Below, in pieces: positions 7,866-17,308 of a stretch of DNA of 19,972 nt. Position 1 is the first letter of the stretch. The number at the start of each line of letters is the position of its first letter. This DNA is from Candidatus Thorarchaeota archaeon (GTDB lineage: Archaea > Asgardarchaeota > Thorarchaeia > Thorarchaeales > Thorarchaeaceae), in contig DXJO01000050.1 in NCBI GenBank assembly GCA_019057475.1, forward strand, positions 1 through 19,972. Direction: 5' to 3'. Under the pieces are notes generated by a model. It searched no databases. It was given only the letters and a program-made list of their open reading frames with translations, and was not told where the DNA came from. Position numbers and translations under genes: made by a program.

Positions 7866-8668
7866 TCACGTATTAGCATCTATCCAACGTTCGAAAAGAC
7901 GAACCGACTTGGGTGGTAATTCCGTTCTAACACTCACTGGCAATCCTAGTCCATTGTAGATCTCCTTGACTAATTTTTCAAGTCCGAGCGGATACATCTG
8001 AGTTTTAAAAACCCATGAAAACCCACTGTAATCTTTTGTTATGAGGTACATGTAGGGTTTTATCCAACGAGTGGCAAAAACAGGCCTTATTTCGAGGTAT
8101 CTACACATATCAAGCTTGGTAGTTAGCTCTTTCTTATCAATAAGTGATAACGTATTCTTCACTTCAATGCCGATGTTTAGGTTCCCTGACCTGTGTTCTG
8201 CGATGAAATCCAAATTGTGGTTTGTTTCGGTCCAAGTTCTGCTATTGTATGAATTGGCGGACTCTCCTACTATTTTGAAACCTTGAGCTCTCACTTCTGC
8301 TTTCACAAGTGTTTCAAGATTTTTCCCAAGTATCGAGATATGTTAGGGTGGGCGTATGCATCAATCAATCTACTTGCAGATTTGATATGAGTTTCCATTG
8401 TGGGCATGTAGTTTGGTGTGTTGAGTTTATTGTTGAAGAAGAAAGCGATTTTCATGCGATTCTTGGAAACGTAATCAAATCTTTTGAGAGAACCTTGGTC
8501 GACAAGTTGGTTGAGTGCGTTAGTTATAACCCATGGGAAGTATTTATTTTCAAACTTAACTTGGAGCTGTCTCATGTAGTATGGTTTGCGTAGGGGGCGA
8601 TTGTATTTATCTTCAAAAAGGGAGAATACATCGGGAATTGCCCTTTGAACGTAAGGTCTGGATTGCAT
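7866..8668 (-). CDS. wHTH + PD-(D/E)XK nuclease, split into two ORFs (8303..8668/8740 and 7866..8306) by a -1 frameshift
   Basis: Downstream ORF has LDFIAE and IEVKN (D...ExK). A -1 shift at GGGAAAA (8327-8321) gives LGKNLETLVKAEVRAQGF, restoring the Glu-bearing first helix. The N-terminal half has wHTH-like ITNALNQLVDQG. Probable start is ATG 8668. Confidence 0.7.
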
Positions 8669-8757
8669 GAAATTCGATTTTCCATTTTTATGTGTACGAA
8701 ATTGATTTTCTTTATAAAGGATATATAAGTACTGAGCCAAAAGTCGCTCCCCTATTG

Positions 8758-9332
8758 GGCCCTGTGGAATATATCACCTCTGAGCGCACTCCAAGTGGTT
8801 CAATCGTTTGATGTTGTGCAGGACCACTTTGATCAACAGCTCTCTTCGTCGTTCCATCCCTCCTCTGGAACTGAAACTTCCACCATGCCTCAATTTCATC
8901 ATGCTGAACACGGTCTCCACCAGACTCCTCTTTCCGTACCTGTGAACTCCCTTCCACTCCTCAGAGTCTGCTCGATACTCCCTCGTCAACCTCCCATATG
9001 CCCAATGACTCTTTGAGTTGATATGCGAACTACTCTTCGGTTCAATCGCGGGATATGCACCGATGTCAGCTATGAACTGGACATTCCTCCTTGAGATGTA
9101 TGCCTTGTCACCATAGACGGTTTCAAGACTACTCTTCGAAACCCTCCTGACCAGTGGGACCATGAACCTGGGGTCACCACTAGGCGTGGTTCTCACCCGA
9201 GTCGTATGGATCAACAGAGTGTCAGTGTCCACAGCGTTGTGGAGCGCGTGGAAACGCTGTCTCCGGGTCTTCTTGAACCTCACAGAGGTCCACTCTTCAC
9301 CAGTGGAGTGAGAAAACCCAGAGGAGTCCATG
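8758..9332 (-). mobile_element. IS5-family element, 5'-truncated (copy A), with right terminal inverted repeat
   Basis: DDE segments DSSGF, YGDKAY and KRSLVETVFSMMK. Terminus GGCCCTGTGGAATATATC from 8758 resembles the IS903 end GGCTTTGTTGAATAAATC. Homology to copy C begins only at about 9332. Confidence 0.88.
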
Positions 9333-9388
9333 GTCTCTTCGTAGCTCCGCATGCCAGTGTTCCAGAAAGCTTTTCCTCAAACAGTCTG

Positions 9389-12300
9389 TCAAACACAAAT
9401 CTCCTTGAACTTGGTCAGAATATCCTTTTTGATTTCTTCTTCAGTCTCTAGAGAGTCCAGTACTAGTTTGATTTCTTCTTCATCCAATTCGTATAATCTA
9501 AAGACAAGAGCATCTATCTGGGTTTCAAGTTCGGAGATTTCTCGCACTATGGGGTTAAGCTTATCAACTGAGGCCTGCCACTCCTTCTCAAGTCTTTCTT
9601 GGAAGTTCCGAGAAGAAGGCTTAACACCAACCTTTGAACTATTATGCTTAGCTATATTGAGAATAGATTTACTATCCTCGTCGAAACCATGCTTCCAATA
9701 TTTCTTGAGATATGATTTCCGAGAGAGATTTTCTACATCCACCTTCCACTCCCGAGATATCCACCTAAGGAAGGAGTTAGTTTCATCGTACAATTCACCT
9801 TGTTTAGAACTGATTTTCAAGTACAAGTTCTTCATTCTGATGGATATTTCTTTTGATGGATTTTCCTTTATCGGGAGATACTCTACGCTTTCAGGATAAA
9901 CATTCAAATCGTATCCGACGAGAGTTTTGAAATAGAAATTCATAATACTTGAATTCAAAATGCTGGCGATATATTCTAGGCTATAATCGGAGATGAACTC
10001 TACTTGTTCCTGAGATACCTCTATTTTCCGCTTGTTTAGGAAAGCGTCGGATTTCTGAATAAGCGCTGTTTTCTTTATACAATTACATATGGAGTCGTCC
10101 GTGTAGTAGTTGTCTGTATCAACTGCAGCTATCAAACCTTCGGGTCCTGTAACCTTAGATATCATCACCTTGTCATTTTCAAATAACTCTGGAAATGCAG
10201 GTCTATAGAGTTTATCATAATCATAAAGCAGCCATCTGCCTTTATAGTCGATATAGAAGCTGTGGAGGTCTCTTCCTTTCACCAATCTTTCGCACTTCTC
10301 ATCTACTTTTTCATCGAAATGAAATTCTGATATTGGGCTTCCTCTAGCTCCCCATGAACCAGCTAGTCCATACCCCAACCGAAAAGATGATGAATCTATT
10401 TTCCTCTTTAGTTTCAGAATGTCAGGGCCTAGTTCTAGTCGAAACATATGTTTGAACATATTAGCGAAGTCTTCAGGTGAGATTTTTTTCTTATCGCCAC
10501 TTATTCTTCTGATTATATTGGGATTTTCCCTTTGAGTTATCACTTCCATTTTTCCTTCCTGTGGACCTTTCTGTATTATTAGCACGATACTTCTAACTGC
10601 AGCATCTCCAAAAACGGGATAATCTGATAGGTCTACAATCTGGATTAGATTCTCATCTAATACTTTTTTTCTCAGCAGTTCAGAATAATCCTGATTCAAG
10701 AAGGGATAAGGGATGATGAAACTAAAAACCCCTCCATGTCTAAGCAAGTTCAACGATTTTTCAATAAAAGCTATATAGAGATCTACTCTTTTTTGAGTCG
10801 TCCTATAGTTTTCTGACAGAAGGTAATCTATAGAATCTTGAGGCAATCCTCCAACACTCACATAAGGCGGATTTCCTATAACTACATCAAATCCCGGATA
10901 GACTTTTTCTTCACCTTTATCAATGTCGAAAAACACTTCGGGAAATTCGAGTTTCCAGTGAAAGAACCTTTTCTTGTCTGAGAGGTTGCTCTCCATTTTC
11001 TCGGGGACGCTATTAGATGCTTTTCTTACCCAATCCTCTCGGGTGATTTCATTCCATTCTTCAACCCCTCCCCTAAATGCACTAAGTAGTTTTTCATATT
11101 GATTTCCAGAGAACTCGTTTCCAAAATAGTAACCAGTATATACATCAGAAAGAACATCGAATTTCTTCTTGAAGGGATGGGCTTCAAATTCTCGAAAGAG
11201 ATCCACCTGTTCCTTGATATCTTCTGGCCGCTCTTCGGTTACCTCTAACATTTCATTGTATACACCGAGTAATCGCATGATATCATCACGCACGCTTTTA
11301 CCGAAGAAATCTGATAGAACCAGTTGCTTGGATTTTTCCTCTTTTTTATGCTTTTTTCCCACTATTCTTGAATGTTTGTCCAATTTATGAATGTCTGCAC
11401 CTATTAGCGAATTCCCAGTCTTGAGGTGGTGGTCCAAAAATGAGAGTGGCTTGTCTTCAGCCATGGTGTTCAGCCAGAGTGAAACCTTGGCTAGCTCTGT
11501 TGCCAGTGGATTGACATCAACCCCGTATATGCAGTTTCTAGCGACCTTTCTTTTTGCCCAGTCGATGTCACGATCTTCCTCTTCTCCTTCTTCAATGTAC
11601 TTGACAAGTTTGTTCGCCAAGAAATCGGTTGCTTCAACGAGAAAGTGACCTGAACCCATAGCAGGATCCAAGATTTTCATATCTAGGATTGCTTTTCTTT
11701 TTTCTTCAATAGTTTCAGCTTCTTCGATTTTTTCCTCGACTACAGGACCAACCGAATTTTCAACTATATACTTGACAACGTAATGGGGCGTGTAGTAGCT
11801 GCCCGTCGCTTTTCTCTCCCCTTTGTTGGTGGTTAGATAGAGTTCTCCTTTTCGAACCCGTTTATCTTGGTCAAACTCTGAGAAGTCCTTCTTAACTTCA
11901 GAAGCTGAAACCCACTTGAGGGCCCCTTTTTTCTTAACTGCAACTCGGTCTTGATTGGCCAGCTTTGGCTTAAATTCCAGTAGTCCTTCGTATATACCCC
12001 CGAGGTGCCTTAGAGAGAGGTCTGAGTAGTCTATTCTACTACGGTCTTTATCCTGTTTAGATGGAATCCTTGCTAGCAAATCCACCACTCTTGCTATGTG
12101 TCCATCTTGGATTTTCTTATCCACAAGGAAGGGATGTTTTTCGTTGTCAAAGAGCCCGCCATTGTATGCTGGGATGTAGAATTCTTCCCTCGATATCCCC
12201 AGCTCTTCGCTACCTTCTCTGACGAGCCTAAAGATAGAAAACAGTCTATGGTTGTATAAGCCGCCTTTGGGATTGACCTTTAAATTATCTATATCGTTCA

Positions 12301-13246
12301 GTATGTCGTCAATCCATTTCAGAAAGCTGTACTCATTGGCATACCTTCGAGGCACCTTGGTGCCGAGCATTCCCTTGCTTTCGGCATAAAACAAGAACAG
12401 CAAACGATAAAGAAATATCAAGCTGTTTTCGTGAACCCTCCTAATGTTTTCTTCATTTTTCTCCAATTTATTAGTTCTCATGTTGAAGTAACCTTTAGCC
12501 ATCCAGAGAAGTGCTTTGTATACACTTCTCTCCAGATTTTCACCAATTTCCTCAGCGTATCTCAAGCTCTGGTCATACACCCTGTCGAGGAAGGATTCTC
12601 CGACCGGGATGAAGGCTTCTCTCCTGAAAAAAAAGTAGAAGTACTTGAAATCTGCGAAATCGTCCCTCTCTAAGATATCTATGAGATCAACCTCGTAATA
12701 AGTTCCGATTGGTTGTGTGCTTTCTTCAAAGTATAACCTCCATTTCCGTCCATTGGTAAGGACACCCCGCTTTGGCTGGGTTGTGCGTAAGTAGTAATCG
12801 ATTTGATAGCTGGGGTTACGATTTTCAAAAATGTCTTTTCCACCTAATTTCTTGTCCAGGGGCTTATCCCAAGCTTTGGCGTCCCCTACCGCGATGGCTC
12901 CCTTGTAGAAACCTAGAGAATCTTTATTCTTGAAGGCTTCATCAAGGTCTTCTTTGCATTCAAAAAAACCATAGTCCGGTCTATAAGCATTCTTCTTAAT
13001 TGTCGCCTGGACACCAAAGACATGACTCAGAGCTCTCAATACGGGCCTTATGAAATCTTCTTCCAATTGCGCCTCGTTGCCGGTGTAGGTTTGAATCCTG
13101 TCTTTCTTTTCACTATGAATCTTCTTTATCTGATCATATGCGGTTCTTGCTTTCTCCTCCTTGTTCCACTCTTCTGACTCCTTCAACCTTTTGTCAAGAT
13201 AATGGGTAGAGAATAGGTTCTTGTTGTTGTAAGGTACCAAGGTCAT
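9389..13246 (-). CDS. Type IIG restriction-modification enzyme (Eco57I-like REase-MTase-TRD fusion)
   Basis: N-terminal nuclease RPDYGFF...VGDAKAW and LTNGRKWRLY; gamma-class m6A MTase motifs GSYYTP, ILDPAMGSGHFL and VIGNPPY; C-terminal TaqI-C-like TRD (LVKGRDL, ILNSSIMNFYF, YLPI). Probable start is ATG 13246; the ORF track extends to TTG 13303. Confidence 0.93.
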   Translation of the reverse strand: MTLVPYNNKNLFSTHYLDKRLKESEEWNKEEKARTAYDQIKKIHSEKKDRIQTYTGNEAQLEEDFIRPVLRALSHVFGVQATIKKNAYRPDYGFFECKEDLDEAFKNKDSLGFYKGAIAVGDAKAWDKPLDKKLGGKDIFENRNPSYQIDYYLRTTQPKRGVLTNGRKWRLYFEESTQPIGTYYEVDLIDILERDDFADFKYFYFFFRREAFIPVGESFLDRVYDQSLRYAEEIGENLERSVYKALLWMAKGYFNMRTNKLEKNEENIRRVHENSLIFLYRLLFLFYAESKGMLGTKVPRRYANEYSFLKWIDDILNDIDNLKVNPKGGLYNHRLFSIFRLVREGSEELGISREEFYIPAYNGGLFDNEKHPFLVDKKIQDGHIARVVDLLARIPSKQDKDRSRIDYSDLSLRHLGGIYEGLLEFKPKLANQDRVAVKKKGALKWVSASEVKKDFSEFDQDKRVRKGELYLTTNKGERKATGSYYTPHYVVKYIVENSVGPVVEEKIEEAETIEEKRKAILDMKILDPAMGSGHFLVEATDFLANKLVKYIEEGEEEDRDIDWAKRKVARNCIYGVDVNPLATELAKVSLWLNTMAEDKPLSFLDHHLKTGNSLIGADIHKLDKHSRIVGKKHKKEEKSKQLVLSDFFGKSVRDDIMRLLGVYNEMLEVTEERPEDIKEQVDLFREFEAHPFKKKFDVLSDVYTGYYFGNEFSGNQYEKLLSAFRGGVEEWNEITREDWVRKASNSVPEKMESNLSDKKRFFHWKLEFPEVFFDIDKGEEKVYPGFDVVIGNPPYVSVGGLPQDSIDYLLSENYRTTQKRVDLYIAFIEKSLNLLRHGGVFSFIIPYPFLNQDYSELLRKKVLDENLIQIVDLSDYPVFGDAAVRSIVLIIQKGPQEGKMEVITQRENPNIIRRISGDKKKISPEDFANMFKHMFRLELGPDILKLKRKIDSSSFRLGYGLAGSWGARGSPISEFHFDEKVDEKCERLVKGRDLHSFYIDYKGRWLLYDYDKLYRPAFPELFENDKVMISKVTGPEGLIAAVDTDNYYTDDSICNCIKKTALIQKSDAFLNKRKIEVSQEQVEFISDYSLEYIASILNSSIMNFYFKTLVGYDLNVYPESVEYLPIKENPSKEISIRMKNLYLKISSKQGELYDETNSFLRWISREWKVDVENLSRKSYLKKYWKHGFDEDSKSILNIAKHNSSKVGVKPSSRNFQERLEKEWQASVDKLNPIVREISELETQIDALVFRLYELDEEEIKLVLDSLETEEEIKKDILTKFKEICV

Positions 13247-13304
13247 CTGCACAATCAACCCTGTATGAACACTCGGGGCAGGATTATTTAGGTTTCTGTT
13301 CAAA

Positions 13305-13329
13305 ATGATTATGTAAATTCCATAATCAT
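13305..13329. repeat. Perfect 9-bp inverted repeat upstream of the type IIG gene
   Basis: ATGATTATG (13305-13313), 7-nt spacer, CATAATCAT (13321-13329). Confidence 0.6.
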
Positions 13330-13437
13330 AGCTAACTGGACAAATGAGAATGGAGTCAATACAACCGAAGTGATTGATGATAACCAGAAAAAGCCAGTTT
13401 AACTGGGATTGACGTTCAAGTGTGGTTCTATCCTGAT

Positions 13438-13796
13438 GGCCCTGTGGAATAAATCACCTCTGAGCGGATTCGAGGTAGTTCAGTCGTTCGATGTTGTGCA
13501 GGACCACCTTGATCAACAGCTCTCTCCGCCGCTCCATCCAACCCCTCGAACTCAGACCTCCTCCGTATCTCAGCTTCATCATGCCGAACACGGTCTCCAC
13601 AGGACTCCTCGTCCCGTACCTGTGAACTCTCTTCCACTCCTCAGGGTCTGCTCGATACTCCCTCATCAACTGACCATATGCCCAGTGACTCCTGGAGTTG
13701 ATGCTCGAAGTGCTCTTTGGCTCTATGGCGGGATATGCACCAATGTCAGCTATGAACTGGACGTTCCTTCTTGAGATGTATGCTTTGTTTACGTAG
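13438..13796 (-). mobile_element. IS5-family element, C-terminal remnant (copy B), with right terminal inverted repeat
   Basis: KAYISRRNVQFIADIGAYPAIEPKS...ELLIKVVLHNIERLNYLESAQR is highly similar to copy A. Terminus GGCCCTGTGGAATAAATC at 13438-13455. Confidence 0.88.
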
Positions 13797-14351
13797 CGCA
13801 GCCCGTAGCCCCCTTCTCCGTCCACCTCTCGCCCTCTCTCTTAGTATACGTAAGAAATTTGCATGCACGTGCCGACGGAACTTTCTTTATTTCCTCACAT
13901 TAGGGTACTTACACACATAACCCTAGCAAGTGCGAAATCCGAATAGCCTCCCGATTCACCGCGAAACACCGTTAGGCGTCGTTCTAATCCTACCACATTT
14001 TGCGGACACTGCCATCCACCAAGAAATCGCTCATTTGAAAGGACATATCATCACCATTTACCAAGTTGATGAATGATGACAAAAAAAAGGAAGAACTTTG
14101 AACTTCGCACATAGAGCTATCAGTAAGGATTGACAAGAAGGATCTGAAACTCTACAACGTTCTTCACACGTTTCTCAAGTCTGAAAAGAATAAACACACA
14201 TAGATGTAGTCCACCTAAGCGATTATCCACTACCTCCGTGCTATCGCGAGAGGGTGGAGCATGTTGAGGATTTTAAAATCTGATACGTGGATCACATCGA
14301 CAATGAAAGGCGAGTTGTCAAGATGTTTCGAGTTGAGTCCAGAGTCCACAG

Positions 14352-15329
14352 TCAACTGATCCGCAAAAGGTTGCGGAGAGTTCTTGACGCATGACATAAG
14401 CCAAGGGCATCGAGCTCCTCAATCTCTGGACCAAGACGCTCCTTCACGATGGAAGTGCCTAATATCCAGTCCTTCATGATGTTCAGTTCAATGACCACTG
14501 CAATGTCTACCACTTCCAGTTGAAGAGCCATATAGTCTTTGAGCTCCTCTTGGATGACCTTCACGTCCATGAATGGCTTTTCCTGCAATACTCGACGCCC
14601 TGAGTCTGTCTTGTCAGGAAAGACATGAACATTCTGGGACAGGATGTCATATATGCGGTCGTTAATCTCGATGAAATTGGGAATGTCGATGATTTCCAAG
14701 TCAACAAGCTGCCGAACCATTGCCCTAAAGGATGGCATGAATATGTATTTGCGTGCAAACTCGCGGTCTGCGAATATCGGGTCAAGCTTGTCGTATACTG
14801 CAACTGATGTCTTCTTCATGGCGTGTTCAATGGATGGTTCTAGCTCTTTCAGCCTGTCAATCCATTCCGCGAGAGTGATTTTATCGCTCTTCAAAGGAGA
14901 GAGAGACTGTACTCGTCCGGTCTTGGAAACTGATACCAGACACACAGATTCTCGGCTACGTCTTCCCAACCAAGTCAATCTGGCTCTTAATCGATCATCT
15001 GAGAGGCTTTGAGACAGGGCACCTCGAACAACAAGTTCATACACGTTTCGCAGCAGAGAGTAAGCGGGATTATAGTGTCCTGTGAGTGCATCTAGGTGTG
15101 AGCGGTGTGTTACCTCAAATACATCCCATGCAAATGTGAGAAAAGCAGACTTCTCATGAAAGCTTACATCTGGTGGAAGACATTGCGGTTGCAGGTACAG
15201 AAACTTGTGAATCGCATCATGTGCCTTTTGCACCATCTCAAACTCAAGGCTCAGAGACTTGATAATATTGCCTTGATAGAACTCTTGAACTATGTGTTCA
15301 AATGCTTTTCCAACCATATCTTCAGACAT
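14352..15329 (-). CDS. HEPN-like protein (same motif class as 2878..3615)
   Basis: GHYNPAYSLLRNVYE and IYDILSQNVH; 325-aa, mostly helical ORF. Confidence 0.65.
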   Translation of the reverse strand: MSEDMVGKAFEHIVQEFYQGNIIKSLSLEFEMVQKAHDAIHKFLYLQPQCLPPDVSFHEKSAFLTFAWDVFEVTHRSHLDALTGHYNPAYSLLRNVYELVVRGALSQSLSDDRLRARLTWLGRRSRESVCLVSVSKTGRVQSLSPLKSDKITLAEWIDRLKELEPSIEHAMKKTSVAVYDKLDPIFADREFARKYIFMPSFRAMVRQLVDLEIIDIPNFIEINDRIYDILSQNVHVFPDKTDSGRRVLQEKPFMDVKVIQEELKDYMALQLEVVDIAVVIELNIMKDWILGTSIVKERLGPEIEELDALGLCHASRTLRNLLRIS

Positions 15330-15779
15330 TTCGAGTCACTCATACTTGAAGCCGCGCCTCTTGGCTGTTACTATCCTTTGATGATGAGAACCTCATGCGT
15401 AGATGGTCCACCAATGCATCCTCCTTGAACCTGACCTTCTCTACCCTCAGTGGATCGAGTAAGGACACATCACTCAGTCTATTGATCAAAGTAGGGAAGA
15501 AAAGAAAGAACAAAGGATCGCTTTCTTGGAGCAATGGTTTTTGCACTTCATTCTTACGCACAAGCATAGGTTGACTCAATTATCTAGTTCTTGGTGTGTG
15601 GTGAGAGAACAAGAACTGGATTTCTTGAGGATTTCAGAATACAGGTCAGAATAAGCCCTTTGGAAATTCTTGAATTATCAGGAAACAAATATGACATCAT
15701 TGTGTGTGATGAGCCACGCATGGTTTAACTCGATGTATCTCGATTGAAGAACTTGTGCAAGTACTGTACATGTATAGAT

Positions 15780-16580
15780 CTATGAATAGAACACTCTCAT
15801 CAGCATAACGAGTGACATTTCCAGCTCACCAATATCAGCTGTATCATGTCCTAAAAGACTGGAAAGAATCTCCAGACGTCTTATCTCTGCTTGAGATATT
15901 CTAATGTTGTCCACAACGTGTTTCTGTGTATTAGTGTCACTCTTCAATATTTCAACCCACCTGAGCAAGGGTGAATCGCGAATGTCAAGGTCTGGCTTTC
16001 TCAGTGAGGCTATCCATTTAGCAAGATAAGCTACACGGGTGAATGTAGGACCATAGATTAAATCATAGAAGAACCTAGTGAAAACAACCACCATATGCTC
16101 CTCATTAGTTATATCACGTTTCACTGGACTCCATAGATGTCCTGCTCTTCCCATGGACTCAGTACGATCAACAACAGAGAATGATGCATAGACAAGACGC
16201 CCTGCTGCAATATGCTCTACATTCTCTCTCCTGAAAAGAGCCCATTTTCCAAATACTTCAGGAATATGATTGTTCCAGAGCTTTACTATATTGTACAGGG
16301 TATCTAGGGTGTTTCTGTCCAAGAGTCTGACAGCACCATCCTTCATGAAGAAGGTAAGGAGCGCGATGGCAAGACCCTCCATTGTGAAAGAGAGACGCAT
16401 TGCTGGTTGTGGACTAAAATCATGTATGCCTGCAGTTCTCGTCACGAAGCCTTTTTTCTCCAGCTTTTTAGCTGTCCTCGAGGCATTCTGTATCTCGGAT
16501 ATCTTGTTTCCTATCTTTGGACCATTAAACAGGAGATGAAGGAGCAGTTCTCGTTCGGTCCCTTTTGGTAAAATAATCAT
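15780..16580 (-). CDS. Putative winged-helix DNA-binding protein with an unknown helical C-terminal domain
   Basis: N-terminal ERELLLHLLFNGP...ASRTAKKLEKKGFV...RLSFTMEG pattern of MarR/PadR-like wHTH domains. Confidence 0.6.
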   Translation of the reverse strand: MIILPKGTERELLLHLLFNGPKIGNKISEIQNASRTAKKLEKKGFVTRTAGIHDFSPQPAMRLSFTMEGLAIALLTFFMKDGAVRLLDRNTLDTLYNIVKLWNNHIPEVFGKWALFRRENVEHIAAGRLVYASFSVVDRTESMGRAGHLWSPVKRDITNEEHMVVVFTRFFYDLIYGPTFTRVAYLAKWIASLRKPDLDIRDSPLLRWVEILKSDTNTQKHVVDNIRISQAEIRRLEILSSLLGHDTADIGELEMSLVMLMRVFYS

Positions 16581-16659
16581 TGTTGGTTATACCTATTAGT
16601 GTTATACTTTGAAGGAGAATCATATATTATATACATTGCTGCTATCCTGTTTATACATC
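16581..16659. promoter_or_regulatory. Divergent promoter region with TATAC direct repeats
   Basis: GTTATAC at 16586-16592 and 16601-16607; TTATATACAT at 16627-16636; TTATACAT at 16651-16658. TTATATA lies 27-33 nt before ATG 16660. Confidence 0.5.
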
Positions 16660-17298
16660 ATGAAATCAATTCATTTCGGCATTCGTGTGCCAACTGAGCT
16701 ACATAATCTCCTGCAAATGGAGAGTAAAGCAATAGAGAAGGACATGTCTAATTATATACGCAGAGGCATCCTCAAAGAACTGGCGCTTCTGAGCTATCTC
16801 GCAGACGAGCAGAAGAAAGCTCTCAGTGTCATAGCTGGCTGCATACAATGGACTGTAATGTATCCAGACAGTTTCCCAAGAAACTCGGTACAAATTCAAA
16901 ATAAAATGATAGAGTATGGGTTTGCAGGGGTTTGGAATCAGTTATCGACCGCAATCGAGAATTTTCTCTCAACTAACTACCAAGCTTTCTGCAATGCTCT
17001 TCGAAATGCACTTACCCGATTTATTAGAGAGTTGGCTAAGAAATACAATGTAGATGAGAAACAATTCGGAACCCAAAGAATGAACCTTGTCAAGATTGAT
17101 TTCATTGATAAGAATTTCAGCGACTCGATAAGCAAATACTATGGACATCTTTCGAAATTCAGCAAAGCGCTTGATGCTCCATCAGTCCTAGAATGCCAAT
17201 ATCTGCTTGATATGGCATTGAGTGTTTTTGGATTTCTTGTGAGAAGGATGGATGAATTCAAAATAGAGGAAAAAACCACAGAGGAATCAAAATCCTAG
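16660..17298 (+). CDS. Ribbon-helix-helix domain fused to a HEPN/Abi_C-like helical domain
   Basis: MKSIHFGIRVPTELHNLLQMESKAIEKDMSNYIRRGILKEL is a typical RHH pattern. C-terminal FCNALRNAL...YYGHLSKFSK echoes the HEPN-like motifs but lacks the final His. ATG 16660 is preferred over TTG 16609. Confidence 0.65.
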   Translation: MKSIHFGIRVPTELHNLLQMESKAIEKDMSNYIRRGILKELALLSYLADEQKKALSVIAGCIQWTVMYPDSFPRNSVQIQNKMIEYGFAGVWNQLSTAIENFLSTNYQAFCNALRNALTRFIRELAKKYNVDEKQFGTQRMNLVKIDFIDKNFSDSISKYYGHLSKFSKALDAPSVLECQYLLDMALSVFGFLVRRMDEFKIEEKTTEESKS

Positions 17299-17308
17299 AG
17301 ACTCGCCG

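Noticed and set aside
7673-7876. 67-aa ORF
   Set aside because: It is a chimeric frame made of the IS scar plus unrelated sequence, and is not considered a gene.
9351-12673. Plus-strand ORFs (9351..9899, 11169..11390, 11391..11648, 12431..12673)
   Set aside because: They are antisense shadows of the type IIG gene.
13797-14060. Possible tRNA, att site or IS left end in the non-coding stretch
   Set aside because: No cloverleaf or T-loop consensus, no reverse complement of the IS end, and no convincing direct repeat with the 17300 junction (only GGCGAG).
15340-15579. 79-aa minus-strand ORF
   Set aside because: TTG start, no motifs, and the region appears degenerate.
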